Source: an uncultured bacterium
Lineage (GTDB): Bacteria; Hydrogenedentota; Hydrogenedentia; Hydrogenedentales; JAEUWI01
DNA length: 17,726 nt
Assembly: GCA_963977445.1 (NCBI GenBank)
Contig: CAXBPH010000138.1
Coordinates: 1-17,726 of the forward strand
Direction of reading: 5' to 3'
Part shown: one piece after another, positions 8,603-17,307 of the stretch
Layout: the number at the start of each line of letters is the position of its first letter
Position numbering within the stretch: position 1 is the stretch's first letter
Notes under the pieces: generated by a model
What the model was told of the DNA's origin: nothing
Database searches by the model: none
What the model saw: the letters and a program-made list of their open reading frames with translations, nothing else
Translations under genes and position numbers: made by a program

Positions 8603-8980
8603 ATGAAAGCTTTAGTTGTTGATGATTCTGCTGTGATGCGGAAGGTGCTAATCGGCGCATTGGGACGGGCAAACATTACCGATGTGGACCAAGCCGCCGA
8701 CGGGCAAGAGGCAGTGACGGCGACAGAGGCACAGGAATACGATCTCGTGCTGATGGATTGGAACATGCCCAACATGCTCGGTATCGATGCGGTCAAAAAT
8801 ATTCGTCAGAATGGAAAAACCATGCCAATAATCATGGTTACCACAGAAGCGGAAAAGAGCCGAGTCATTGACGCATTGAAAGCGGGCGCCCAAAACTACG
8901 TTATCAAGCCCTTCGAGCCCGCTACCATTGTCAATAAAATACAAGACGTTTTGGCAAAAGCGAATGGCCGATTAACCTGA
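8603..8980 (+). CDS. cheY: CheY-like single-domain response regulator (copy 1)
   Basis: VVDDS, DLVLMDWNMP (phospho-Asp), MVTTE, YVIKPF. RBS AAAGGA upstream. Confidence 0.92.
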   Translation: MKALVVDDSAVMRKVLIGALGRANITDVDQAADGQEAVTATEAQEYDLVLMDWNMPNMLGIDAVKNIRQNGKTMPIIMVTTEAEKSRVIDALKAGAQNYVIKPFEPATIVNKIQDVLAKANGRLT

Positions 8981-9011
8981 TCTCTCAAAACTTGGATTTA
9001 ATTCACACTAC

Positions 9012-9524
9012 ATGAGCATTGAGCTCCCGAACGATAACCGCTACCATCTCCAACCCGGCTACATATATTGTTCACCGACCCAGGCTATGGTGCATACCGT
9101 TGTGGGCAGCTGTGTGAGCGTGTGTGTCTGGGATCGTCATTTGAAGTACGGCGCAATGAATCACTTTTTGTATCCAAGTATAGACGACCCCAATCGGGCG
9201 ACGCCCATCTATGGCAATGTGGCGACTGCGGAGATGGTTCGGATGATGCAGGAGAGTGGCTCAGCGATAGAGGACCTCGTCGCGCAGATACTCGGCGGCG
9301 CTTGTCCCAAGGGGAATCAGGAGAATCCAGTTGGACTCCAGAATGTCGCGGTGGCCCGCCAGGTGCTCACCCGCAAGGGTGTGGAGATCATTTCGGTGGA
9401 CACGGGCGGAACAATGGGTAGAAAGGTTGTATTCGACACAAACTCAGGGCATGTCATGACGCTCAAAGTACATCGAATCCGTGAAGCGGATTGGTCGAAT
9501 ATGGATAGTACCCCGAATACCTGA
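9012..9524 (+). CDS. cheD: CheD chemoreceptor glutamine deamidase (copy 1)
   Basis: LQPG, TVVGSCVSVCVWD (catalytic Cys), GAMNHFLYP (His), DTGGTMGRKVVFD. Confidence 0.92.
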   Translation: MSIELPNDNRYHLQPGYIYCSPTQAMVHTVVGSCVSVCVWDRHLKYGAMNHFLYPSIDDPNRATPIYGNVATAEMVRMMQESGSAIEDLVAQILGGACPKGNQENPVGLQNVAVARQVLTRKGVEIISVDTGGTMGRKVVFDTNSGHVMTLKVHRIREADWSNMDSTPNT

Positions 9525-9568
9525 CACGGTTGGCAACGAGTGGAGAGCTCACACAACGTGAACATAGC

Positions 9569-10375
9569 ATGAACAAGACTACCTTCGAAAACTTCAAGCA
9601 ACTCGTCTACGAGAAGAGTGGTATCACCCTCGGCCCGCAGAAAGTAGCGCTTGTCACTGCCCGCGTAGCCAAGCGGATGCGCGCCCTGGATATCGCTGAC
9701 CATGACGAGTATCTTCGCTATGTAATCGCCGATTCAACCACAAATGAGCTGGTCCATCTACTGGATTCTATCTCTACCAATGTCACCAGCTTTTTCCGGG
9801 AATCTGCCCACTATGATTTTCTGACGAAACTCATCGAGCAGTGGCAGGTTTCTTCGCAGCCAAAGTTTAGAATCTGGTGCGCTGCAAGCTCCACCGGTGA
9901 AGAGCCCTATTGCCTGGCGATTACGACACTGGAAGCGCTCGGCCGAAGCCACCCGGACTTTCGCATACTAGCAACCGACATTTCGACCCGGGCCTTAGAG
10001 GCCGCGCGTGTCGGCACTTACTCGAACGCCAAGCTGGAGCCAGTCTCCGCTGGACTTCGCCAGAAATATTTTACCCGTGAGGGAGTCGGAGACAGTGCAG
10101 AATACACGGCGAAGGATGAATTGAAACGCATCATTTCTTTTAATCGCCTGAACCTATCTGCCCCTCCCTTTCCGATGAAAGGTCCCATGGACGTTGTTTT
10201 CTGTCGCAACGTCATGATCTATTTCGACAACAAAGTCCGACAACGTCTACTTGACGAAGTCGTTCGCCTCTTAAAACCCGGTGGCTATCTCATGATTGGC
10301 CATTCGGAAAGCCTTGCCGGAATTAATGTCCCCCTGAGCGTCGTTCAGCCCGCTGTCTATCAGAAAGCACCGTAA
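9569..10375 (+). CDS. cheR: Chemotaxis methyltransferase CheR (ATG 9569 preferred; ORF track gives TTG 9530)
   Basis: STNVTSFFRE, IWCAASSTGEEPY, ILATDIS, DVVFCRNVMIYF, LKPGGYLMIGHSESL. Confidence 0.96.
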   Translation: MNKTTFENFKQLVYEKSGITLGPQKVALVTARVAKRMRALDIADHDEYLRYVIADSTTNELVHLLDSISTNVTSFFRESAHYDFLTKLIEQWQVSSQPKFRIWCAASSTGEEPYCLAITTLEALGRSHPDFRILATDISTRALEAARVGTYSNAKLEPVSAGLRQKYFTREGVGDSAEYTAKDELKRIISFNRLNLSAPPFPMKGPMDVVFCRNVMIYFDNKVRQRLLDEVVRLLKPGGYLMIGHSESLAGINVPLSVVQPAVYQKAP

Positions 10376-10437
10376 CGAGTCGTGAAAACTTATCTAACCA
10401 GATTCCATACGCCTCCCATTTCTGCAGAAAGTCGCCA

Positions 10438-10914
10438 TTGAAACTGACCGTCGGCATATCGGATATGAAGACTTCGCAAAATGCGGATGATATCATCATC
10501 ACCTATTCGTTGGGTTCGTGCGTGGGGTTATCCCTCTACGACCCAAAGATTAAGGTGGGTGGAATCATACATTGCATGCTGCCCCTCTCGCGGATAGACC
10601 CCGAACGGGCGCGCACCATGCCCCATATGTTTGCGGATACCGGCGTACCATCGCTAATCCAATCGCTCCTGGACATGGGCGCAGAAAAAGGCCGATTGAT
10701 AGCCAAAGTTGCCGGGGCCGCGAAACTCCTGAACAGTAGCAATACCTTTAATATTGGCGAAAGAAATCAAGTAGTCGTGCGTAAAGTATTATGGAAAAAT
10801 AAAATCTTAGTCGCCGGAGAAGACACGGGCGGCTCCTGCGCACGAACCATGTTTTTAAACATGGAGTCGGGCACAACTACACTGCGCTCAGGGGGTAAAG
10901 AATATGATCTTTGA
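10438..10914 (+). CDS. cheD: CheD chemoreceptor glutamine deamidase (copy 2)
   Basis: VGISD, TYSLGSCVGLSLYD (catalytic Cys), GGIIHCMLP, FADTG, AKVAGAA, IGERN, EDTGG..ART. TTG start. Confidence 0.93.
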   Translation: MKLTVGISDMKTSQNADDIIITYSLGSCVGLSLYDPKIKVGGIIHCMLPLSRIDPERARTMPHMFADTGVPSLIQSLLDMGAEKGRLIAKVAGAAKLLNSSNTFNIGERNQVVVRKVLWKNKILVAGEDTGGSCARTMFLNMESGTTTLRSGGKEYDL

Positions 10915-10992
10915 GCCTTTTTATCCTAACCGGGCACTTCTGGTGTCACCCGTCAGACGTCGGCAAAGCGTCTTCGCAGGGGGTGATCTACT

Positions 10993-11853
10993 ATGAGTAT
11001 CCGTGATCAGGTATTGGAGCGCATACCAGAAATCCCCTCTCTGCCCGTCGCGGCTACCCAGGTGCTCCGTCTGGCACAGGACTCAGATTCAGGAATCGGC
11101 GAAATCATGGCCGCCATCGAGTTTGATCCCGGCTTAACATCCGACATATTGCGCCTGGCGAATTCCGCCTTCTTCGCAGGCCCGCGACAAGTAAGTACCT
11201 TACGAGAGGCTGGCGTCCTTTTCGGCACCCAACGTATCGTGGAACTGGTGCTCGCGTCTTCCGTCTTCCCAATCGCCAAACACCCCCTTGAGGGGTACGA
11301 CCTTCCAGCAGGAGAATTGGTAAAGCATTCTATGGCGGTCGCTATCGCTGCGGACAAACTGGCAGCACTACTAAAGCGGCCTGCGCCCAATCATACCTTC
11401 ACCGCTGCCCTTCTCGCAGATATTGGAAAGATTGTGTTGGGGACCTTTCTTAAGGTCGATGCCGAACCCATTTTCAAGCTCGCTATGGAAGAAAAGATAT
11501 CATTTGAGGTCGCTGAGAAGAAAATCCTCGGTATCGACCACGCCGAAGTCGGGGCAACCCTCCTGCAGGAATGGAACTTACCGGAAAACGTCATCGACGT
11601 CGTTCGGTGGCACCATGAACCCAACCAGCTTGACGGTGACAAATACGTCGTCGATCTCGTCCATGTGGCCGTCCAGATTAGCGTCAGTTGTGGCCTCGGC
11701 ATCGGATTGGATGGTTTGAACTACTGCGCGTCACCAGAAGCGATCTCGCGACTTGGCCTGAACAATTCTTTACTCGAGCAGGCTACCTGCAATATGGTTG
11801 CTGACCTGACTCAAATGCAGCACTTGCTGCCCGGTAACCCCGAAGGATCCTGA
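10993..11853 (+). CDS. HDOD-domain signal transduction protein (HD motif changed to AD)
   Basis: IPSLP, DPGLTSDILRLANSAFF, HSMAVA, ALLADIGK, DHAEVGA.LL..WNLP, WHHEP. RBS GGGGTG upstream. Confidence 0.92.
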   Translation: MSIRDQVLERIPEIPSLPVAATQVLRLAQDSDSGIGEIMAAIEFDPGLTSDILRLANSAFFAGPRQVSTLREAGVLFGTQRIVELVLASSVFPIAKHPLEGYDLPAGELVKHSMAVAIAADKLAALLKRPAPNHTFTAALLADIGKIVLGTFLKVDAEPIFKLAMEEKISFEVAEKKILGIDHAEVGATLLQEWNLPENVIDVVRWHHEPNQLDGDKYVVDLVHVAVQISVSCGLGIGLDGLNYCASPEAISRLGLNNSLLEQATCNMVADLTQMQHLLPGNPEGS

Positions 11854-11854
11854 T

Positions 11855-12244
11855 ATGCCATATAACATTCTTATCGTTGATGATTCCGAAACGGTGCGGG
11901 CCGTAATCGCGCGGACCCTGGAGATGGCAGGAGTCGATATTCGAAACCTTCATCACGCGGAAAACGGTGAGGTAGCGCTGGGTATTTTACGGGATGAATG
12001 GATTGATCTCGTCTTTACCGATATCAACATGCCCGTCATGACCGGCGTGGAAATGATTTCAAAAATGCAGGAAGACGAACTCATGAGCACGGTCCCTGTT
12101 GTCGTCGTCTCCACTGAGGGCAGCAAGACTCGCATCGAAGACCTTATGAACAAAGGGGTTCGCGCTTATATCCGAAAACCTTTTACACCCGAAAAAGTAA
12201 AAGAAATAATTGACGAACTACTACAGGGGAAGCGTGATGAGTAA
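11855..12244 (+). CDS. CheY-like single-domain response regulator (copy 2)
   Basis: IVDDS, DLVFTDINMP, VVSTEG, YIRKPF. Starts 1 nt after the HDOD stop. Confidence 0.92.
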   Translation: MPYNILIVDDSETVRAVIARTLEMAGVDIRNLHHAENGEVALGILRDEWIDLVFTDINMPVMTGVEMISKMQEDELMSTVPVVVVSTEGSKTRIEDLMNKGVRAYIRKPFTPEKVKEIIDELLQGKRDE

Positions 12245-12704
12245 CGAAAATTCTCAAATACTCAATAAGGTCTTTACGAGCGTGCTCGAGCAGCTCGCCT
12301 TCATGTTTGCGGAACCCCCTGAAAGCGAATCACCCGATTTAGGAACAGCGGGCATCGTTCAGGTTTCCATGAGTTTCCACGGGCCATTCCACGGCACCAT
12401 GGATCTCACCGTACCGCGATCCATGTGTGAAGAATTGGCTGCCAACGTGCTGGGCCTCGATCCAGATGATGAGATGGTCACCCGCTCGCCCTTTGACGCC
12501 CTGAAAGAATTGTTGAACATCACGTGCGGCAACGTGTTGACCACACTCGCAGGCGACACACCCGTTTTTGACCTCAGCATTCCCGCCACAGAGCAATTGG
12601 ACGCCGCCGCATGGGACGACCTCCGGACTCGGTCAACAACGGCCTATTGTCTGGTCGACGATTTTCCCGTATTGCTCCATATGGAAACTTCGGAAACCTC
12701 CTGA
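12237..12704 (+). CDS. cheX: CheX-family phosphatase (copy 2, divergent)
   Basis: E-x-x-N in DALKELLNITCGN, FDLSIP, ELAANVLG. ATG 12237 with RBS AGGGGA at 12225-12230 overlaps the upstream gene by 8 nt, so it is preferred over TTG 12210. Confidence 0.82.
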   Translation: MSNENSQILNKVFTSVLEQLAFMFAEPPESESPDLGTAGIVQVSMSFHGPFHGTMDLTVPRSMCEELAANVLGLDPDDEMVTRSPFDALKELLNITCGNVLTTLAGDTPVFDLSIPATEQLDAAAWDDLRTRSTTAYCLVDDFPVLLHMETSETS

Positions 12705-12747
12705 AAAACACGGGCTATTCCTGTTACATAGACGATTTACGTAATAG

Positions 12748-13845
<1,098 letters not shown>

Positions 13846-13896
13846 ACGAAGCCCATACGTTGGGAGCAGGTGGGTGAGCGCAGGCGAAGCCCGAGG

Positions 13897-14292
13897 CTAG
13901 ACCTCGAAACCGTGTTGCTTCAGTTCTTCGGCAATCTTGCCCTTGTCATATGGCTTAACAATGTAGCCATCACATTGTTGACGAAAGGCTTCCATGACAT
14001 TCTTCGAGTCGTGAAGGGCACTGGTGATGACAATCTTCGCCCCATCACCGAGCATGATACCGCTTTCTTCTTCCAAGGCCCGAATCTTCTTCAGCGCGGC
14101 CTGACCGTCCATTTTGGGCATCATGATATCGAGGCAAATCAGATCGTAGGTCGTGTCAGTCTCCAGGGAGATCTGCACCGCCTTAACCGCCTCTTCCCCA
14201 TCGATCGCAACATCGCAATTGCCGTAAGACTCAAGAATCCGGCTAAGAACCCGTCGGCTGGTGAAATCATCTTCCACGACTAGAATTCGCAT
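13897..14292 (-). CDS. Single-domain CheY-like response regulator (copy 3, convergent with cheB)
   Basis: VVEDD, YDLICLDIMMPKMDG, ITSAL, YIVKPY. AAGGAG upstream on the minus strand. Confidence 0.92.
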   Translation of the reverse strand: MRILVVEDDFTSRRVLSRILESYGNCDVAIDGEEAVKAVQISLETDTTYDLICLDIMMPKMDGQAALKKIRALEEESGIMLGDGAKIVITSALHDSKNVMEAFRQQCDGYIVKPYDKGKIAEELKQHGFEV

Positions 14293-14534
14293 GGTCTCAA
14301 TTCTCCTTGCCCAGGCCCTCCCGAAGACCCTAACTCACCCCTTAGACACAAAAAGGCCCCAATTAGTGGACAAGCAGGGAATAAAACGAATAAATATCAG
14401 AGAGCCAGAGGCGCTCGAATGTATGTGATAATTGTTGTGCTTGTCTAAACTATTGAGGCCGTTCGCTACGCAGAACGTATCGAACAACTTAAGAATGACA
14501 CAGTCTTCCCCTGCTGTCAATACTGAATATAAAT

Positions 14535-14885
14535 TTAGCTCTTTCGCTTCTCTGCCCGCAGCGCGGAAGTCATCTGCTTTTGGGTAATGCCACCGTGAGA
14601 TGCATGCCAGACCACTTTCGTCCCGGCAATCAGAAAAAGCTGGGGAGACTCATGGCGAATCCCCAATACCTCGGCAAGCTGATTCGAAATAGCCCGGTTT
14701 TCAACGACATAATTGATATATACCGGAGCTCCGGCCTCCCCGGCGCCTTCAACATAGTCCCGAACCTCATCCAGCGCATTGCTGGAGATGGGACAGCGGG
14801 TGCTGTGCTTCAGGAGAAAGAGTGGCGTCCCCTCGCTGGCCGAGAGACAGGCTTCCAGGGCCAATTCCGAATCAATGGTAATCAT
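14535..14885 (-). CDS. ytxJ: Monothiol bacilliredoxin BrxC / YtxJ family thioredoxin-fold protein
   Basis: LKHSTRCPISS, ENRAISNQLA, IRHESPQ, WHASH are the characteristic motifs. GGAAGGAAG 6 nt before ATG 14885 favours this start over 14990. Confidence 0.88.
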   Translation of the reverse strand: MITIDSELALEACLSASEGTPLFLLKHSTRCPISSNALDEVRDYVEGAGEAGAPVYINYVVENRAISNQLAEVLGIRHESPQLFLIAGTKVVWHASHGGITQKQMTSALRAEKRKS

Positions 14886-14995
14886 GGCGTCTTCCTTCCG
14901 CACGGCACCGGCAGCGGCCAGACCACGCATCATATGATTGATAAAGCGAAACATGCCCCCCATTCTACCGCGCAGCAACGCCCGGCGCACATCTT

Positions 14996-15025
14996 TTGAC
15001 CCATTTACGGGCAGGATGTTATACT
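14996..15025 (+). promoter_or_regulatory. Sigma70-type promoter (with extended -10) for miaB
   Basis: TTGACC (14996-15001), an 18-nt spacer ending in TGT, and TATACT (15020-15025), ~70 nt upstream of the miaB ATG. Confidence 0.6.
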
Positions 15026-15097
15026 ACCGTGCGATTCAGAACGATATTTTTCCACTTCTAAGACCTTATTCAGCAACCTTTTAGCCCGAGAACCACC

Positions 15098-16456
15098 ATG
15101 GCAAAACGTGCATACATAAAAACTTTCGGCTGTCAGATGAATGAACACGACAGCTTTCAAATGCGGGCCGTGTTGGAGCGCGAAGGCTATGAGTTCACGG
15201 AAAACCAGGACGAGGCCAATCTCATCCTCGTAAACACCTGTTCCGTCCGCCACAATCCGGAAAATAAAGTCTATAGCCTCGTCGGCACCCTGCGGGACCG
15301 TAAAAAGGCCGACCCCAGCCTCATTATTGGCGTCGCGGGCTGCGTCGCCCAGCAGGAAGGCAAAAAAATCCTCAAGCGGGACAAGTCCGTCGACATGGTC
15401 TTCGGACCCGACAATTTCTTCAAGCTCCCCGAGATGATCAAGGCCGTCCAGGAGGGCGAACGGGTCTGCAACACCAAGTGGCTCCCCCGGGATCACAAGA
15501 TACAGAATTTCATCCCCGAAGAGTGGGTCGAGCGCGGCCATGTCGAAGGCATCAAGGCCTACATCGCCATCACCAAAGGGTGCAACAACATGTGCACCTA
15601 CTGCATCGTCCCCTTCACCCGGGGCCGGGAAGTATCCCGTGAGCACGACAACATCCTCGTGGAAGCCAAGGCCCTCGTCCGCAAGGGCGCCAAAGAAATC
15701 TGGTTGCTCGGGCAGAATGTTAATTCCTACCGCGCCTCCAAGGATTACCAGTTCTATCAATTGCTCGACGACGTGTCGAAAATCAAGGGCCTGGAGCGCA
15801 TCCGCTTTACCTCGCCCCACCCCAAAGACTGGAACAACGATCTCTCCGACCTCATGGCGAGCCGCAAACGCATCGCCAACCAGCTCCACCTCCCCTTCCA
15901 GGCCGGCAGCGACCGCATCCTCCATGCCATGCGCCGCAACCACACGCTGGACGAATACCTCGCGAAGGTAAAGTATCTCCAGCAGGTGAACCCCGACGTG
16001 GAGCTCAGCACCGACCTCATCGTGGGCTTCCCCGGCGAGACCGAAGAAGATTTCGAATGCACCATGGCCTGCCTGGAAGAAGTCCGCTTCGGCCAGGTCT
16101 TCGCCTTCAAATACTCCCCCCGCCCCGGCACCGAAGCCGAAGGCTTGGAGGACGACGTCCCCCGTGAAGTCAAAGAAGAACGCCTCGCCCGCGTCCTCAC
16201 CCGGCAGCAGGAAATCAACAACGAACAACTCGCCGCCTACGAGGGTAAGGTGCAGGAAGTCCTCATCGACGCCGCCCACCCCCGCCGCCAGGGCTTCATG
16301 AACGGCCGCACCAACAACTACCGCCCCATCACCTGCCACGCCCCCGACCTCGAAATCGGCGACGTCGTCAACGTCCGCATAAGCACCTACAGCGGCCACT
16401 GGCTCGAAGGCGACGTGGTGGAAACGTTAGCGACTACGCCCGCAGAAGCAAGCTAA
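15098..16456 (+). CDS. miaB: tRNA-2-methylthio-N6-dimethylallyladenosine synthase MiaB
   Basis: YIKTFGCQMNEHDS, NTCSVR, GVAGCVAQ, radical-SAM CNNMCTYC, LLGQNVNSY, RFTSPHP, DLIVGFPGET, YSPRPGT, and a C-terminal TRAM domain (GRTNNY). Confidence 0.96.
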   Translation: MAKRAYIKTFGCQMNEHDSFQMRAVLEREGYEFTENQDEANLILVNTCSVRHNPENKVYSLVGTLRDRKKADPSLIIGVAGCVAQQEGKKILKRDKSVDMVFGPDNFFKLPEMIKAVQEGERVCNTKWLPRDHKIQNFIPEEWVERGHVEGIKAYIAITKGCNNMCTYCIVPFTRGREVSREHDNILVEAKALVRKGAKEIWLLGQNVNSYRASKDYQFYQLLDDVSKIKGLERIRFTSPHPKDWNNDLSDLMASRKRIANQLHLPFQAGSDRILHAMRRNHTLDEYLAKVKYLQQVNPDVELSTDLIVGFPGETEEDFECTMACLEEVRFGQVFAFKYSPRPGTEAEGLEDDVPREVKEERLARVLTRQQEINNEQLAAYEGKVQEVLIDAAHPRRQGFMNGRTNNYRPITCHAPDLEIGDVVNVRISTYSGHWLEGDVVETLATTPAEAS

Positions 16457-16551
16457 GCCCAAGCCCCAAGCTTTGTCAAACGAACCTTTGCGGCCAATCT
16501 TACGGGGTCGAACGTGCAGGGTCGAACCTCTTCGGTCTGAAAGGGCAACAC

Positions 16552-16590
16552 AAAAAAATACCCTGTTCCGCGAGAGCGGAACGATAGGTA
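16552..16590 (-). terminator. Rho-independent terminator-like hairpin with U-tract, oriented on the minus strand
   Basis: The minus strand reads TACC-TATC-GTTCCGC-TCTC-GCGGAAC-AG-GGTA-TTTTTTT. The core stem is a perfect 7 bp (16565-16582). Confidence 0.5.
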
Positions 16591-16646
16591 CAGCTACTGA
16601 GGACCGTAGCAACGAGAAGCGAATGGACCGAGCCACACGTTCTACC

Positions 16647-16727
16647 GGCCCGAAGGGCCAATGCAGCATAGCCCAGGGCAACGCCCTGGGAATAGGCACG
16701 CCCTATTTCACGAAGCCCTGAAAGGGC
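16647..16727. repeat. REP-like multi-hairpin element
   Basis: Four successive palindromes: GGCCC-GAA-GGGCC (16647-16659), CCCAGGGC-AAC-GCCCTGGG (16672-16690), AATAGG-CACGC-CCTATT (16691-16707), GCCCT-GAA-AGGGC (16715-16727). A degenerate copy GGTCTGAAAGGGC lies at 16534-16546. Confidence 0.75.
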
Positions 16728-16771
16728 GGCGGCATAGCCTATACCAATGCGGATGAAATATAAGGTACAAC

Positions 16772-17128
16772 ATGGCGAGATTAACCGCGTTAGTATTGGC
16801 CTATCTTTTTGTGGCGCTGGCGATCATTGGATTGTTCTTGCCCGTAATGCCCACCGTGCCCTTTCTGCTGCTGGCCGCCTGGTTTTCGGCCAAAGGTTCG
16901 GACCGCCTCCATCGCTGGTTATATGAACACCCTCTTTTCGGTAAGATGCTCATCGATTGGGAAGAGCGCGGGGCGATTTCACGAAAAGGCAAAGTGGCTA
17001 CCGCAGTGACGCTGAGCGCTAGCTGGACCTTCCTATATTTTCAGCTGGAAAGCATCTGGGGCTTAGCGGCAATGGCACTTTTGTTCATTGTGATTACGAC
17101 CTTCGTTGTAAGCAGGCCAGATGCTTGA
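16772..17128 (+). CDS. ybaN: YbaN / DUF454 family inner-membrane protein
   Basis: IGLFLPVMPTVPFLLLAAWFSAKGSDRLHRWL.EHPLFG, W...GAIS.K.K, and several hydrophobic segments. RBS TAAGGT at 16761-16766. Confidence 0.9.
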   Translation: MARLTALVLAYLFVALAIIGLFLPVMPTVPFLLLAAWFSAKGSDRLHRWLYEHPLFGKMLIDWEERGAISRKGKVATAVTLSASWTFLYFQLESIWGLAAMALLFIVITTFVVSRPDA

Positions 17129-17307
17129 TTTGGCATCGCTATGGAGCGCCAGCGGCCCGCTGGCACCGTGCACCGAAAGCGCATGCCCCACCCCGCCGCA
17201 TCTTCTCGTTTCCGACGGGTAAGTGAGCCCAGACACAGCAAAAAAGACGTAGGGCCCGACATTGGACCTGGCATCAAAGGATCGTGGACATTCCTGTCTG
17301 CGGCAAG

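Noticed and set aside
13870..14999. Plus-strand ORFs 13870-14283 and 14580-14999
   Set aside because: They are antisense to the clearly recognisable response regulator and ytxJ genes.
15005..16399. 464-aa minus-strand ORF
   Set aside because: It lies antisense to the unambiguous miaB gene, has no recognisable motifs, and is explained by miaB's biased codon usage.
16500..16535. tRNA fragment (minus-strand GGTTCGACCC resembles a T-loop; GGGTCGAAC occurs twice)
   Set aside because: No cloverleaf, acceptor stem or anticodon arm can be built.
16427..16721. ORFs 16473-16721 (+) and 16427-16699 (-)
   Set aside because: They overlap the hairpin cassette and have atypical composition and no recognisable motifs.
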